This document shows, piece after piece, positions 1 to 14,600 of a stretch of 64,000 nt of DNA. The position numbers and the translations under genes are program-made. Numbering within the stretch: position 1 is the first letter of the stretch; every line of letters starts with the position of its first letter. The notes below the pieces were generated by a model. The model was given only the letters and a program-made list of their open reading frames with translations, searched no databases and was not told the origin of the DNA. Source of the DNA: Balanoglossus misakiensis (lineage: Eukaryota > Animalia > Hemichordata); contig CM082582.2 of NCBI GenBank assembly GCA_040954595.2, forward strand, positions 8,062,063-8,126,062. The letters run 5' to 3'.

Positions 1-2340
1 TTTAGAGGAATGGCCTAACTTCTTCGCTATCGTGACCTAACAATCATTACCTGTATCGACAGGGACATTGCTGAACACAAGAACTTCTCGATTGGCAGAA
101 TACCTATAGTTAGCCTACAAAATGAAACGTCAGTAGACGGCTACTTTCCCGCCCTTTACTGCAAGGAATGCAATTGTCGTTATAGGGGCTGCAGGTCTAT
201 ATATAAGGAGAGGTTTTTAATATTTGTCTGCTAAATCTTCGCTGTCGGCTCCCTATTATGTCTGAATCTTCTTTCGTGTTCGGCACTTAACTCGATGCCA
301 CAGCGTCTGCAGGGCCGGAGTTATTTCACTGCACAGCAATCGTTTTTCGATCAGTTTTCTCTGTTGGAATTTTTGACGCATCAAGCACGATTGCAATATG
401 TGGCCGGTGAAGTGGCCTGGCATTGTCGGTGCGGCAACGTGCCGTTGTGGCCTTTTCTGACATCAACAGGGAGACCAAATAAACGCTAACGTTTCCGAGT
501 GTATAATTTGAATATTTGCTGTTTCGCTCCCGTGAGGAGCATCCACAAAATTCTTTTCTGCTTCGACTCTGGCGACGGCAGAGAGCATGAGAAGAATTCC
601 TAGAATGTGCCACTGTGGGACAACCACCTGTTTTCTGGCCGAAATGGAGCAAAGACGTATATCATGTTGAACGTCAGCGATCTTACACGGTGTTTCTGAT
701 TGGTCTCTGAAAGTGTCTCAAGCAGGTGCACACCAGGTGCATGCATGTAATAAGTACGTTGCTACCTATTAGATTAGACCTTCCCCACGAGCTGGTATAA
801 TGTCGTATATGAAGTGAAAATACATAAATGTATACATACATCAACTGTTTTTTGGAGTAGTACATAGTGATGATGAGTATGAATCAACAATATAACGGCC
901 TCATGAGACTATACAAAAACATCTCCAGTGAGAGACGGAGTAGCAAGCAATAGTTCTGACGCATGCGCGCTGGACGACAGTGCCCCTTCAGTAACTTTTA
1001 ATACCATGACTTCCAGTACATGTTTATATAGACTACTTAAAATGACATCCGTCAACGGGACTTCTTGTTAACTCCCTGAAATTAAACCAATCGAGCCACG
1101 CATGAGTTCATCTTTTTTATGCACACTTGATTCCCGCTGTCGCTGTAGACTAAAAGTTGTTTTCCAGTTTGCGTCGCCAAACAAAGCGGACCATTAGATG
1201 CGACGAACAAACGAGCGAGATATATTGATCATACTTCTCCAGTTCTAGTTAATCTTTCCCGTGCGTCACGGAATCGGTCACAAACACGATCATTGATATA
1301 ATGCCATGGCTCTGTATGGAAGAATCAGTCAATATTTCAGTTTTCGGTCACGAATTTGACGTAAATAAGCCGACCTTCCACGGTATCTGAATTTCTGATG
1401 AGATGATTAGAAAAAGTGACGTGGGAGAAAATTTGCCCGTGAACTTATCACTACAAACGCGGACAGAAGTTTATGCCTTGAGGGGATACCTTCCCTCTTC
1501 CCCACGTCACAAAATTTCCCAAAACCCGACAACAAATCGAAAAGTGTTCACAAACGTCAATTTTTTTGCTGCTTGCGCACCTTGTGTGTCTGGCGCTCTG
1601 ATGACACTAACAACGATCATCAGCAGAAAATGTCAAATCACAAAAATAGCCCATTATCCTCCAAAAAAGAATACACCGAAACCATGACAACGGCAAAGTG
1701 ATAGCCTGTCCTCTTCGAAAGTGTTTAGGGCTATCGGTCTGGCGTGACAGAAAGAAAAGGGTACTTTATTTCACGGCGCACCTAGTCAATAAATGCATCG
1801 TGGAAAGTGATAACCGAGAGTATCACACTATTGAAATAAAAGTACGTCGGCGTGATCATCGCGTGGTATACCCTGAAAAACATGATCCCTTTTTGCGTGA
1901 TTCAAAACCTTGCTGACAGTCAAGTTTCTGTTTTCCTCCAAAGCGCTGAATGGCGGTGTTGCAAGCGCGATGTTATCGCCGATTTGGCAGCCGAAACGAC
2001 GGCTGCAAAGAAAGAGCGAGAGAGATGCATGCTGACAGGCCAGTTACGGATAATGAGACGAGCTGAAGGGTATTTTCTGAGAAAAACAGCAGCGTTCAGT
2101 GAGCTGTTATTTCGACCATCTGTCGCACTGTATCAAGCTAACAGCCATGATCGAAGCGAAAGTCTATAGGTGTTCACTTACACTTTTGCCAGGTCTCCGT
2201 GCGTCGACTGCATGATGGTGGTGGTGGGAGCACCGCCGTGTGTGTCGCTTTGTTTTCGTTCAGGGATGAATAACTCCGGCAAAATTATATCGATGTGCAA
2301 AACTAAAATTTCCAGCTCTCATAGTCAACCACAAGTGATA

Positions 2341-2423
2341 GAGATAGACAGAAAGACATAGGCAGACAGGCAGACGGATAGACAGACAGACATAGACAGA
2401 TGGACACAGACAGACAGAGACAG
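2341..2423. repeat. Degenerate (GACA/GATA)n microsatellite
   Basis: gagatagacagaaagacataggcagacaggcagacggatagacagacagac..., directly visible. Confidence 0.75.
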
Positions 2424-5400
2424 GGAAATAGGGACAAGAGCAATTCTTAGCTACGTTATGGCTATGCGTATGGCTAACAGGAGAGAGGGGGAGCGATTAA
2501 AGACATCATCGTAAAGGCCGTAATGTGAAAAACTTGAATGAATGTTGGAAAAAACCGGAAACACCATTCACTCCCGCAGGATGTGTGCCGTTTCTAACTC
2601 TGCTCGTTTAATCGTCTGTATACGATGTATTTGCATTCCAAAGACGAAGAATCCACGATTGGAATCGTAGAAATGAGAGGCAGAAATCAAGAAAGAATGC
2701 ACGGCAGTGATTGTCTAGGGGCGAATTAGCTATGTGACATAACCGAGGGTCATCGGATTGAACCGCCGAGGTCAAAAGGAACGTTCTCCAGTCTGGATAA
2801 TGAGAGAATTATACATCTTTTCCCCATAGGATGAACGAAAACATATTCTGTTCTCAGCTTGAAAATATATCTTCTTTCTAGAGCAGATGTACCACACTCT
2901 GTCTGTTGGACAGGATACGCGCTCCCGGTCCGTATATTAGCACTAAAACCTTTGGGTGGTACTAGAAATGATTTTAGATTTTTTTTCTCAATGGAGAAAT
3001 ATAGCGGCTATATACCAAGAGGGAACACCGATGACGTCATGTAGACTGCACGTGTCAGGGGCACAAGTTGTTAGCAAACGCGAGCAGTAAATCTTCAGTC
3101 GCGAAAGTACATCATAAAAAAGTTGGGAGTTTTAATTCCGATGGAAACGTGTCCTCGGGTCACAGAGTGCATGCAATGCTGTTAATGGCACTCCGGTGTG
3201 TTTTGACCAAAGCATGTCACTGTGAGTCGGCGGAAATGATCTCTGATAATATCAGGGCCGTGTCGCTCACAGTAATGTTGTAATGGAACAATTTGTCATT
3301 TTTTCTTTCAAGTAAGTCGCGTGTGAAGGAAAGTGGGTCGGAAGGATGTGCAAATTCCTGGAATATGTTAAAAATAGGAGTAAGGCCTGTAGGACACATC
3401 CTATGAAATCCGAAATGTAGTGTACGACGACGTCTTTTACTTGCGGGCTCCGGTGGCATAGAAAACCATACCTCGTAAGTAAAAGACGTCGCCGTACCCT
3501 ACATTTGACTTTAATCCTATTGGATTTTCAATGGATCTAAGTGATGTAGGTATCTTTAATGGTGTTTCTCAAACGTACACAGATACTCTACTCTGCTAAG
3601 CCTGTTGTTTTTAGCTTAATTGCTGCACTGATCATGGATGTATATTTGAAAAATGAGCTTCCTTTCGGCGTATCCAGTTCTAATTAGTCCGTCGTATCAA
3701 ATTAAGGAATTTACGAATATTCCCTGTATCGAGAGTTCTTTTACAAGGAAAACATTTTTGCCCATAACGTTGACATCTAAATAATTGCTCCAGAATTAGT
3801 GTTGGTGTTTCCGGTGTTATGGGTTCTATGAGAGAAAAAAATATGGAGGAAAAAACTGGCGTTTCTAACGCGAGTGGTGTCATGTCCAATATGTTAACAA
3901 ATAAGCAAATCTCGGTCATGGTGATTAATAAAAAGTACAAAATTAAGGGTAGATAATTTGTCCAATTTCGAGGAAGAAAAGTTCATCCCACAGTATTTCT
4001 GTTTGCATTGGGTATAATCACGATGCTCTTGAACTTTTTTGAGAAACAATTATGACAAGTTAAAGGGGCAATGTGACTTACTTAAGACATTATTTTATTA
4101 AGGTACTTTCTCTTGATAGATTATTTATGTAGTTCTTCCCATTGAAAATCCGTGAGAGATTTCAAAGTCTCTCGGTGGGTTCTCCGTCACTGGGTTCCAT
4201 ATCCGGCTAGCGCTGTTCGCGAGATCGTCGGCACATGATTTGAAGAAAAAAAGAGAAATCTGCGCTAACCGCGGGGACTTGCGTGTTACATGGTCGTCGT
4301 GCCGCGAACCTTACAGTCGGGGGATTAAAAGCGAAATTGGCTTCACGCGGCGTGGGTCACGTGTCAGCCGCTCGCCTTAAAGAAACAGATCGCCTCGACA
4401 GTGCGTCCCAAATAGTGTGGATTAGATAAGATGTGAAAAAAATCGCCAATTTCTTTGAAATTGATTGGCGTGGGATAGGTAGTGAAGCGGAACGGAATGT
4501 GACTGATAGCTTTTGAAAGCGAGACTTAACCCGAGCATTGGAGGAAACTCGTGGCTGTCACCGTGACGTCATCGACTCATTCTCGCTTTCCCTCAAAACC
4601 GTGCAAGCTCGAAATAATAAACCCTCCTTTTGGTTGAACTTCCTTGCGTAACCATTCTGACGAATCGTAGATTTGTTGATGGCATATTGACAGTTGCCTT
4701 ACGGGGCAGGGTTGGCTCACTCATGTCGTAAAATCAGACAAGACTTGTTGCTTGATGTCAATTTAGTGAGGTCCGACATGTGGAGCAGGGTTTGCTCACT
4801 ATTTCCGAAACACTCCCACTTGGTTTTTTATGGCAGTGGTGTTCGTTTAAAAGTTTGTTCGTTGTTCTGAAGTGTATTTGTAGTGGCGATTGGTCATCTA
4901 AGTACGTGTCTAATTAAATGGTTTGTGCACATAGGTAGGGTGTGATTGAAGATACTTTACGAATACTTTCCACTTACTGACCACGAATTACATCAACGAT
5001 AGGTTTTGTCCGTGGATTAGTTGGTGTCAACTCGTTATTTCGACTTGAACTACGACTGTCACATACTCATTGGTCTGGTCTATTCATTACTCTCCGATAT
5101 GAGAATATTCTTTCCGTCTGGAGAGATTTGTCCAGACATCTCCGTTTAGATTATAATCAACATTGATATATAACTTATTTGTCTGTTTTGACTGTGTATA
5201 CGTATAACAAGCAGTTTTTTTTACTGTAATGCACGGCAGTCTACACGAGCCATTCCGGCGATACCATTATATCAATATCGATTGTCTTGTCAAATACACT
5301 CACGCGCTGAGCAGACGATCAGTCGCCAGGCGGGAAACTTTCCTATATCTCCGGCGCGAAATTAATCGATAAATGATTTCTAATATAGATCTTTTGCGAT

Positions 5401-5453
5401 CGTCGTCGACAAACGAAGGACGGCGCAAAACCACACCCAAACATCCAATTTCA

Positions 5454-5623
5454 CTGTCATCGTTTACAAATTCTCGTTATCAAAAACCAAGTGTTCGTAT
5501 ACTCTTCCGGTTTTCGAACAAAGTGGGTTTTATTTTGCTGTCACCGTTTACAAATTCTCGTTATCAACAGTCTAGTGTGCGTATACACTCTTCCGGTTTT
5601 CGAAGAAAACGGGTTTCATTTCG
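5454..5623. repeat. Direct tandem duplication, two copies of about 84 bp
   Basis: ctgtcaYcgtttacaaattctcgttatcaa...actcttccggttttcgaa begins at both 5454 and 5538. Confidence 0.85.
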
Positions 5624-7471
5624 CAAATGAAGTCGAACCGGAAGAAAAGGTAGTGTTTCTTCGCAATCAGTAATACGTGTGCTTCAGGCTGTAATATGAT
5701 CTTGCCACTGATTCGTCGGTGTTCACCGGATGTTTTATTTGAACGCGGTACTCACTTTGACATTGACTCGGGAAAGAGCCCCTGCCATATGATACTTTTC
5801 AGTGCACGCAGGTGGGAATTAAATCCCGGTTACTGTCACATTTGCACGTTTTAAAAAATACCCCCTTCCTTCCTTTATGGACTGTGTCGGTTTTGACACT
5901 CACGCCTCTATTGACCCAAGAGTTTCGTACACGTTCAAATTTGGTTTGGCAACTGCCATTTTCAATGCACCATCATCAAAATTATCACGCTGTTGTTGTA
6001 CCAGATGTTTTAAGACAACAAAACTTGCTGCAGTTTTTTGGTGAAAACAGAAAGGCCAGATTATGATTTTAAGGCGGGGAGGGGGGGGGGGTCACTATAC
6101 ATGGAGCTGTAGACTGGCTGCCATTTTAGTGGTTCTGTAAAATGGCGGCCATATTGTAGGTGCACCCTAATATGCTTGCTCATGACTTTATGTATTAATC
6201 ACAAGCGTACATACGCGTCTCTTGGTCAGTTTCTGGTCTAGCCTTCAATTAAAAACCAAAATGGAGGACATTTTGACAAAATAAAAAACAACTGCGTCCA
6301 GAGCTACTTTTCACAGCAGTAGTCATTGCAGGGAGTCTGATTCACGTTCATTTTCGTTTGGATGTTTACCGGAAACGTGTTTCAATTAATGCCCTACTGA
6401 TTCTCTCGGTTGCCTTCGGTGGACAGATAGACATTGATAGTGTTGACTGGGATTCTTTCACAAGAAAAAAAGATGTAGTGAAAACAGTGTTGTCGGGTTT
6501 TCACCTGTACTGCCGATTGTAGCGGCGATAGCCACTGTATATATAGGCACCTATTATTCGGCGGGAAAATATCACGAGTATGAAAAGTCGCCGCCCGTGG
6601 AAAACTTAAAAAGAAAAAAGAAAAATATGTCTATGTGTAGTTCATTACAGAGTTAGTCTCTCACCCCTCCCTCCGCCATATCTATTGCTTCTGAGTAGCA
6701 GAAGTCGTCTCTATTAACGTAGCCATTAAGTATTAATGAACGTGTCTTCGAGAGATTTTTATACATGTGGATACTGTGAGTCAGGAAAGTTGCTTTATAG
6801 GCAGTCTGCGGTTACCTCGCCTGAGAGGTAAATTGTTATGCCATTTTTGCATGCCGCGATTCATTTTTACATACCCAGGGGGTATGAACTATAATATCGC
6901 TCCCGTTAGGCAATTCTGAGTTTTGTTATAAGATACCGTCAGTGGCAGCGCCGGAGGCCTCTGATTCCTCATAATAAGATTAACTGTGCCCTCTGTAATG
7001 CCATTTTGTCATTAGGTTTAATTTACTTAAATTTCTGCAGAAGCCGGCAGTGGTGGAACTAAGTTCGTGATACTTGGTAATGATGCGATTCGGTGCAATC
7101 ATGCTCTCTGTCAATAACACGGTTGGGTGACCCTCATCTGATCCGTGACGTCAGAGTATCATTTGCCGCGCTGACGATAACATCTCGTCGCATCCTCGAC
7201 TGTATTCAAAGGCTTTCGCTTTGTAAGTGATAAACATTGTAGACTGGATTTGGACAAATATGTTTTTCTAGGATCGTACTTGCTCTTTGAGTCGGAGATA
7301 TTTATAGTCCGCAGTGTACTACCCTTTTGTACCATTCATAAATTTACACTTTAATTTCTACGGGGTCCTACGTACCAACTTCTTATACATGAATGGTGTC
7401 TTAACTCATCCAGTTCAGTAAACCTCGAACATCATACGTAATTTCCAGTTATATACTTTCTTCAAAATGAA

Positions 7472-7578
<107 letters not shown>

Positions 7579-10500
7579 AATCAATCTTCGTCGAAGTAGG
7601 CGTGTATTGGATGTGAGGTATACTCCACCTGTATGAGTATATCGTCTACAGCCATATAGGGTCTATGCTACAACTTCTCAGTAGACAATGCATCAACTAT
7701 CAAAAGGTCATTCTCTGTCGGACAGATATGCCCGCCATAAACGCCAACTATAAATTGATAAGAGAGTGTGATATTAAATTTCAAACGACATTCTTCACGT
7801 TCGTTAATCTGTTTGTCATTCCTCCAGGTAGCGCCACCGTTCTGTTTACGCAATAATTACGTTTGTCGTACTCAATCACGTCATCGACAAAGAATTGATA
7901 ACTTTTTATTGGGATCTAAAATGCTGCAAAATTGCGCAAATCACGTACTAGCCACAGGGCATCTCAAGATGCGCTTCTTTGTCTAGCGCGAGGACAGTCG
8001 TCTATGCTCATGCGCAGTACCAGTCGACATATATTTTTTTTCAGCTTGCCAATTTGGCGTGGCATTTAGCAGTATACATTACACACGAGCAGTTTTCTTG
8101 TTCGGGTTTTAGAAGTCTCTCATTAGGTTTGCTCACGATTGTCAGCGTCTTAAGGTTTAAACCAAGGCATTAACACCAGTCGGAGTTTGCAAATTGGATC
8201 GCTAAGCCGTGGCATACATCAAGTGCCATGAGGCGATAATCCGGGGTATTAGCGCGCCACACAAAGAAGTTGAAACATTTGGTAAGATGAGACACCTATT
8301 TGCGGTGTTGCACAAAATGTGATTCGCGCCCATCTGATCAAATCTGCGTTAACGAACCAGAGAGCCTCGTATTTTTTGCTGAAAGCTCGGGATCAAAATC
8401 CCATCAGGGTTGCCTTTTGTGTTATTGAACTCCGAATGCTCCTTGACTTTACAAGTTCTTTGGAGAGAAAAAATAGTCCATGGTTCGAAAAAAAACCTCA
8501 CCAACATTGAAAGATGAAAGCAAAACAATTACAGGTTTCTGTAAAGTTCTCAGCGCCGTCGATAAAGTGACAGATTGTTAAGCCGTAATCAATTGTTATG
8601 TTCGCATGTGATTTTACACTTTCATATTTTCATTCGACTCAGATATGAAGGTTATGCCAGCTGTACCGGTAATCTACCTAGTCTTGCGCGTATATTGTCA
8701 CGACTAGGCGTAAACACAGATCAAACGAAGGCCGACTCCAGGAGAGAAGTTAGAGCCAGAAATATGAAATCTGGGTACTGGAGAATATAATATAAATTTA
8801 AAGCCCCGGTAACTCTAACTTTTGGCTATGTTAAACTTGTCTATGCGCTATTCAGATTTTCGCTGGTCTTGGCGATGTGTGTACTCTGACAACTGGCCCT
8901 TTATTTTACCCACATGACAGTTGTTATACTGATGTCATCACGACAGCCACAAAGCTATTTAAACCATTTAAGTGATCACTCTGCTTTGTAAAACAGTCAA
9001 CAGATGATAGTTTTTAAAGGGTATTTACATTAAAAACAACGTCAGCGTGAAAAGACAAATCGCAACGCCGTTTGCCCAGCAAGAAGTGTTTCTAACAACA
9101 ACCCCGCTGTTGGCATCTGCCATTTGGCTCAACGTCAGGGCATTTAAAAGTATAAGTCAATTTATTCCTAAACGATGTAGTGCTGTGAAGCCGAACTCGT
9201 TTTGTGACCTTCCATTTTCCAGGAAAACGTTCTAACTTCAGCAGTGTGTGCTGGCCAATTACCGGTTCTGAAATCTGTATCATATCCGAGCAGACGATAT
9301 TGTCAAAGCGCGCGCCGCTTCCCGCCTGCTTTCCCGCCAAGCGACACGCAACCCGGCCATTATAGTTCGATTTCTTGATGACATTTCATCGCTTATAGTG
9401 TACAGGGGACGGACTTAATGTAAGTGGTATTTAGGAAGGGATGTGCAAAATTAGTCTCGTGTGTTCTATTGTTGCGCGGAACAGGCTCAAAGAAAGTGAA
9501 TGGCGTCCTACACCTGGGGCTTTCCGCCGTACATCACTTTTTTGTGGCCATTATACAATCCCATGAGTTAATTTTCTGCTGTTTTGCAACAGCTAATAAC
9601 CTATCAAGCGAAACTGGAAATTAACTCGTTTAAATTCCATCGACTTTCACTCCCCGAAGCCCCAACAGACGATTAGCGAACGGGAAAAATTAACTTTTAA
9701 TTGTTTATGTTTTGTATGTATTTCAGCTGTCGTCAACGTTAACAATAACTAAACCGTGATTTTTACATTCGACCTAACTATTCCCATGGTAACGGATTCC
9801 CTGAGTGAAAATATGTTATATGCTCACCTTTAAGCCGTGTAAAGCTGCTTTTCGTTCGGTGTAAATTGTCTACATGAAATCTAAACGTCTTTAATATGGC
9901 GCTCTTTTGCCCTGAGTCGCCTTAATGCGTCCATCATCGATAGTATGTCAACTCGGGCCTAATGTTAGCCTGTTGTATCAGCTTTCCTGCAATGCCCAGC
10001 GCAAGGCCGCCTTGTTCTCCGCGATTTATACCCTCTTAACCTTAGAAACGATTGCCTCTTTAACATGGAAATGAAATATTCCCGCGTGCCAGGCAGTGCT
10101 GTAATAAACCCGTCTCAAACACGCATGTAGAAGATTCCTTGCTCTTGCGGAAAGAGCAAGTTGTCAAGAAATAAGTTATAGCCGTCCTCCCCTTACTGTA
10201 CGGCGGGCCACGTGTGCGTGGTTACACTTAAAAAAACACCGTATTTCGTTTAATTCCCCCTAGATGCTTTCCTTTTCAGCATACAGCCCCACCGGAACCG
10301 GAAACCATTTTGTTTCTGTAGATTTGTTGTATATTTGCTCCACGTTTTGCCCGGGTCTGGCCAAGTTTATTTACAAAATGGACGCCGGAAGAAACGTCCA
10401 TCTACAGCTATCGTTTGCCTGTCGTTAGCCTTCGTTAAATTTTCATCGACCAGCGTGCCCTTGTTTTGCTGATGAACCGTGGGTTTCACATCAAGGACAT

Positions 10501-11379
10501 GTGATTTTGAAAGCAGGCGTCCACCAAACAGCAATCTATATTCATGCTTTTACCCTAGAAGTAAAAATCAGGGTGAGTCCGAACTAACAGTGATGTCACA
10601 ATCAAAGCCTTACCCCGAAGGCAGTCAAGTCAATTGCTACTTCGTTTTCATGACGTAGTTTTTCATTCTGTTCTGAGAAGTGGGCCGGGTGGAATGTGTT
10701 AGCCCAGAACTGCACAGGGCACAGCTGAACTTTAAAAGACGAATTAACCCCATCTATACGTAGGAAAAAAATCGCGTCGTTGTTTTTTTTTAAGATTCTG
10801 CAGTGTCGGAACGCCCGAAACAATCTGTCCTTCGACGTCTGTGATGCTCCGCTGCCTTCAAAGAGGGGCGTGTTACCGCCTTTATTGTCTTCTGTTCGAG
10901 CAAAATTGCTTTCGTTAATCGGCTTGAAACTGGCTTCTAATAATCCTTCTCCCAGACAAATACGCCTAAATGATGTCGTCTGCGCGCCATTTGTGTCTAT
11001 ATTTAACCTTTTTGCCATCACTGTAGATTTATCCAAATCCGTACCCACTTCTCTTGATACTTGCAAGGAATAAGAAATTAATTTGGACAAGACTATGAAT
11101 CCGAGCACAGGTCGATAAAACAATGTCTTTCGGGTTACAGTGTTTGCGGTTGCGCATTTCAATATGTACAACGCCGTAACATTGTATGGTTCACCTTCCT
11201 ACTCAGTCATAAAGTTAATAATTATTTTTCCAATGATACACATGATAATTAACGAGAAAAAATAATGTTGATGTTGTTGAAGTTCTTTTCCTGATCAGTT
11301 CGCGATCACGTCTGCGGTCATGTCCAAAAGAACACATTATGAATTTTAATGTTTCCTATTTTACCTCTTCTGTTCACAG

Positions 11380-11676
11380 GTTATCAAGATGTTGATAGTG
11401 GTAGTCGTTCTGTTTCTGTCTCTGTGGGCGCCGTACCGAGTGCTTGTGGTGTACAACTCCCTCGTGTCCCAGGAGAAGAATTTCAACAACCAGTGGTACT
11501 TTGCCTTCAGCAGTTGGTGCATCTTCTTCAACAGTGCTATAAACCCGATCCTTTACAATTTTATGTCGGTCAAGTTTCGCCGTGCCTTCGTCCGGTTGTG
11601 CGGCTGCGGTAAGCATCGGAAACTTCGCAGTAGCTTTAGGTCATCCACGATGACGACCGAAAAGACTTCCCTGTAA
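11380..11676 (+). CDS. TRHR: Terminal coding exon (TM6, TM7, C-tail) of a thyrotropin-releasing hormone receptor-like class A GPCR; upstream exons not found in the window
   Basis: A pyrimidine-rich acceptor (ttacctcttctgttcacag|) is followed by VIKMLIVVVVLFLSLWAPYRVLVVYNS...WCIFFNSAINPILYNFMSVKFRRAF...TSL*. It contains the TM6 WxP motif, NPxxY and helix 8. It closely resembles vertebrate TRHR ([27 protein letters not shown]...[20 protein letters not shown], from memory). Stop TAA at 11674-11676. Confidence 0.85.
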   Translation, partial: VIKMLIVVVVLFLSLWAPYRVLVVYNSLVSQEKNFNNQWYFAFSSWCIFFNSAINPILYNFMSVKFRRAFVRLCGCGKHRKLRSSFRSSTMTTEKTSL

Positions 11677-14600
11677 GGAGCATGCGCACGACGACGGGAA
11701 TCCAGCCAGTCTGTCGCGGCAGCCCGACCCCGGCAGAAAATGCACTGTCCGTGATTGCCAAGCACCGCTAAAGGCACGGCGAAAATTGCCAAACAGTTTG
11801 CAGTACCACTTTCTCCGTCGCGTAAAGCTCCATGAAATCCTAATTTTCGCGTCTCTCGATTGTAATTGGTGTACCTTTGACTGTGAAGAACGCGATACGG
11901 CGAACACGGGCACACCGTTCTAGTTAGATATTGAGGACAATATTGTCGCTCTGAATTTGTAGTACGATCTGCTGTTTTAGAACGACCAAAAGGTGAACTT
12001 GTGGATGGGTTCGGGTTGGCTACAGCACAAACTGGCGGGCTGACACGGTCACGCGCATGCTCCTTGGTCGAACGTTGCGAATGCTATCGCTTTCAACACC
12101 TCTTTATTTTCGTCGTAATTTGCCTTGTGTCTTTTCTTTCACTAACAATGTAAAACTTTGACCATTTTAACACAGAGCTGTACATCCCATCTTTGAAACT
12201 TTGACCTGTTCATGATTATGTACGGTGCAAAGAATTCACTTGTCATAACACAACTTGCTGTACTACAATCCGAGCATCCGTAGTAACCGTCGCCATGTTT
12301 GGCGGTAACTGGTGGTGTAACTATTCATCATAAACTGAACGGATTTATCAAGTGTCACTTTGAGCACCGTGCATAACCATCTACTTTCATTCTCAATGTT
12401 AAAAATTCAACCTTATAAGACTGCTTTTTTAATGCATGATTCATATACATGTATAAGTAAACGGAGTTCTCCGATGCCAGAGACCCTTATCACTCTGACC
12501 CCTCGGGTCACCTATGACGTCATTTGACGTGTTCTTCCCGGGTTTAAAGGGAAATTATGCGTTTCAAACACAAATTTGGTTCTGGAAATTTGCAAAGCGT
12601 AGTATAACCAGTGTGGTTCGTTGAAGCCAAAACATGTGCTTTGATCGGAGAATTCTAGTTCTGGCTATATTTTCATGTTACATTGTATTTGCATGTTGAA
12701 TGTCTTGATATAATATGCACTTCTGTTGTCTGTACGACACCGCATGCTGACGAAAGACAGGAGCATGCGCGTGAAGAGCACTCTGTAATTTTAAACTAAA
12801 AATTAATATACAATACTTTAGGTATTAGACTTTAACATATTAACTTAAAGGTGTTATACCTATGGCCACCAAGTTAGATCGCTATTCCCTCAATATTGGC
12901 TGTACATACTAGAATCTTTCAAAAGAATATCCGATCTGTGACATTCATGAGCAGCTATCAGCGAAGCACTCAAACATGTAAATAGCTTGATGCATTTTTG
13001 ATAGTCTTTTTCGTGCGTTCTATTTTCAAATCTGATGACTGCCGGAACCAGATTCGGTGTGGACGCGTACATGTACATATACCCGATTGCGGCCACCGAA
13101 CAGCCGGACTATGATGTGACGTCATTCACGGAGTTCGTGATCCGAAAAGACGGAACTCTGACGTCATAAAAATCATTATAAACGTCCGGTTGAACTGATG
13201 GTCGGGGTCCTCGCCAATGACCCATCTAATCCGAAACAACTAACAACGATCTTGGAATTGATGCGTAATTGGCTTGGGCATGTAGTGGCATGTGCGCAGT
13301 CGTAAACCAGAGTGGTTCCGGCTTTACAGCGTGCTGCAGCGCTGTCGTTAGAAGAGATAGTTCAACATAGCCACCATAGCCTTTAACTTCACCAACCGTC
13401 TCCCCTGTCGTCTGAATTAGACTCTAGGAGCTGAAGGGGATACTTGTGTTGTAAAGCACAAGTTAATTACACACCCAAGTAACCTAATAACAGTTCAAGA
13501 AACTCGTTCCACTTCTTATTCATCAAGAGTGTATCACTCTAAAGATTTTAATGCCTGCTTTAAAATCACGCTCAATTTCCCATAACAGCAAACAAAAAAT
13601 CGCTTTCAAAGACCTTTGCCCAAACATCCCACATGTACAACATTAATTCACGTTCCTATAATGCGTTAACCCTTTTAACGATGACTTTACTATAGCTAGT
13701 CTGATGAAAGAAAAAATCGCGACGAACTTTATTAACGTATCATTGTAATTTAAAGTCTAGGTGATTTATCGTGTATAAAATAGTCATATACAGTCAGACC
13801 TTGTGATTTTTTTCACGGTGATTTTATCTCATTATAAATGTGATGGACATTCTTAATAGACCTGGGCGTAGATTTGAAGAATTTTCGCGTCACGACGAGT
13901 GAGTAAAAACATGTAGGGCCTATAGGACCATGAAAAAGAATCATAAATAACACACGATTTTATCATTTTGGGATTCTACTACTTGGCATGAACATTAAGA
14001 TGCCATTTGGCAAAATTAGGCATAGACCAACCAATAACGTATTTCGAGAAGGGCATCTAACATCACCATGATGATGGTGGGTTTATTATTCACTATTTAT
14101 ATAGGTAGTCGTTCTTTTTCAAAATTTGTGGATATTTGTCCTTTCTTGATATTCTGCCAATCGAGATTATTTCAACTAAGTTCCTCCAATACATAGCGAA
14201 TACGTGTATCCCCCTCTCCGCCGGAAGAAAGGAAATGTAAATGTTTTATGAAGATATGGAGTAAGTTTTGTATCGTACAGTAAAGTGTAGCACCTTGCAA
14301 GCAACCATGTCCATCACCCCTCAAATAAATGGCCAGTTATATGTAACACGCTGTACTATGACGTGGTTCCAATTAACGTGCACCACTCCGTAATTATTGT
14401 AGTCTTGTGCGCCAATATTCATTCCTGTCCACGCAGCTCTGTTTTTTCTCTCTCTCCCCCAACACACGACTCGGGGCGACCTCCATGCCAGCCAACATTA
14501 CAACACTGACTCTTGAACAAACACTTTCAATGCTTGCTCTAGGTCGTTCGTTCGGATCAAGACCGTCTCGCAAAAACGGCATATACATTGGCCATCGCAA

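Noticed and set aside
7665-7856. ORF ending FVNLFVIPPGSATVLFTQ, faintly like TRHR TM5 (VVPMILATVLY)
   Set aside because: It stops immediately, has no TM3 or TM4 motif upstream, and its donor phase does not fit the phase-0 terminal exon; probably coincidence.
10602-11171. 189 aa minus-strand ORF, and similar long ORFs at 50757-51263 and 59784-60416
   Set aside because: No domain, codon bias or consistent splice structure; they lie in intronic or intergenic DNA.
12845-13386. TTAA-AGG...CCT-TTAA bounded segment (Kolobok-like non-autonomous element?)
   Set aside because: Terminal inverted repeats match for only a few bases and no second copy was seen.
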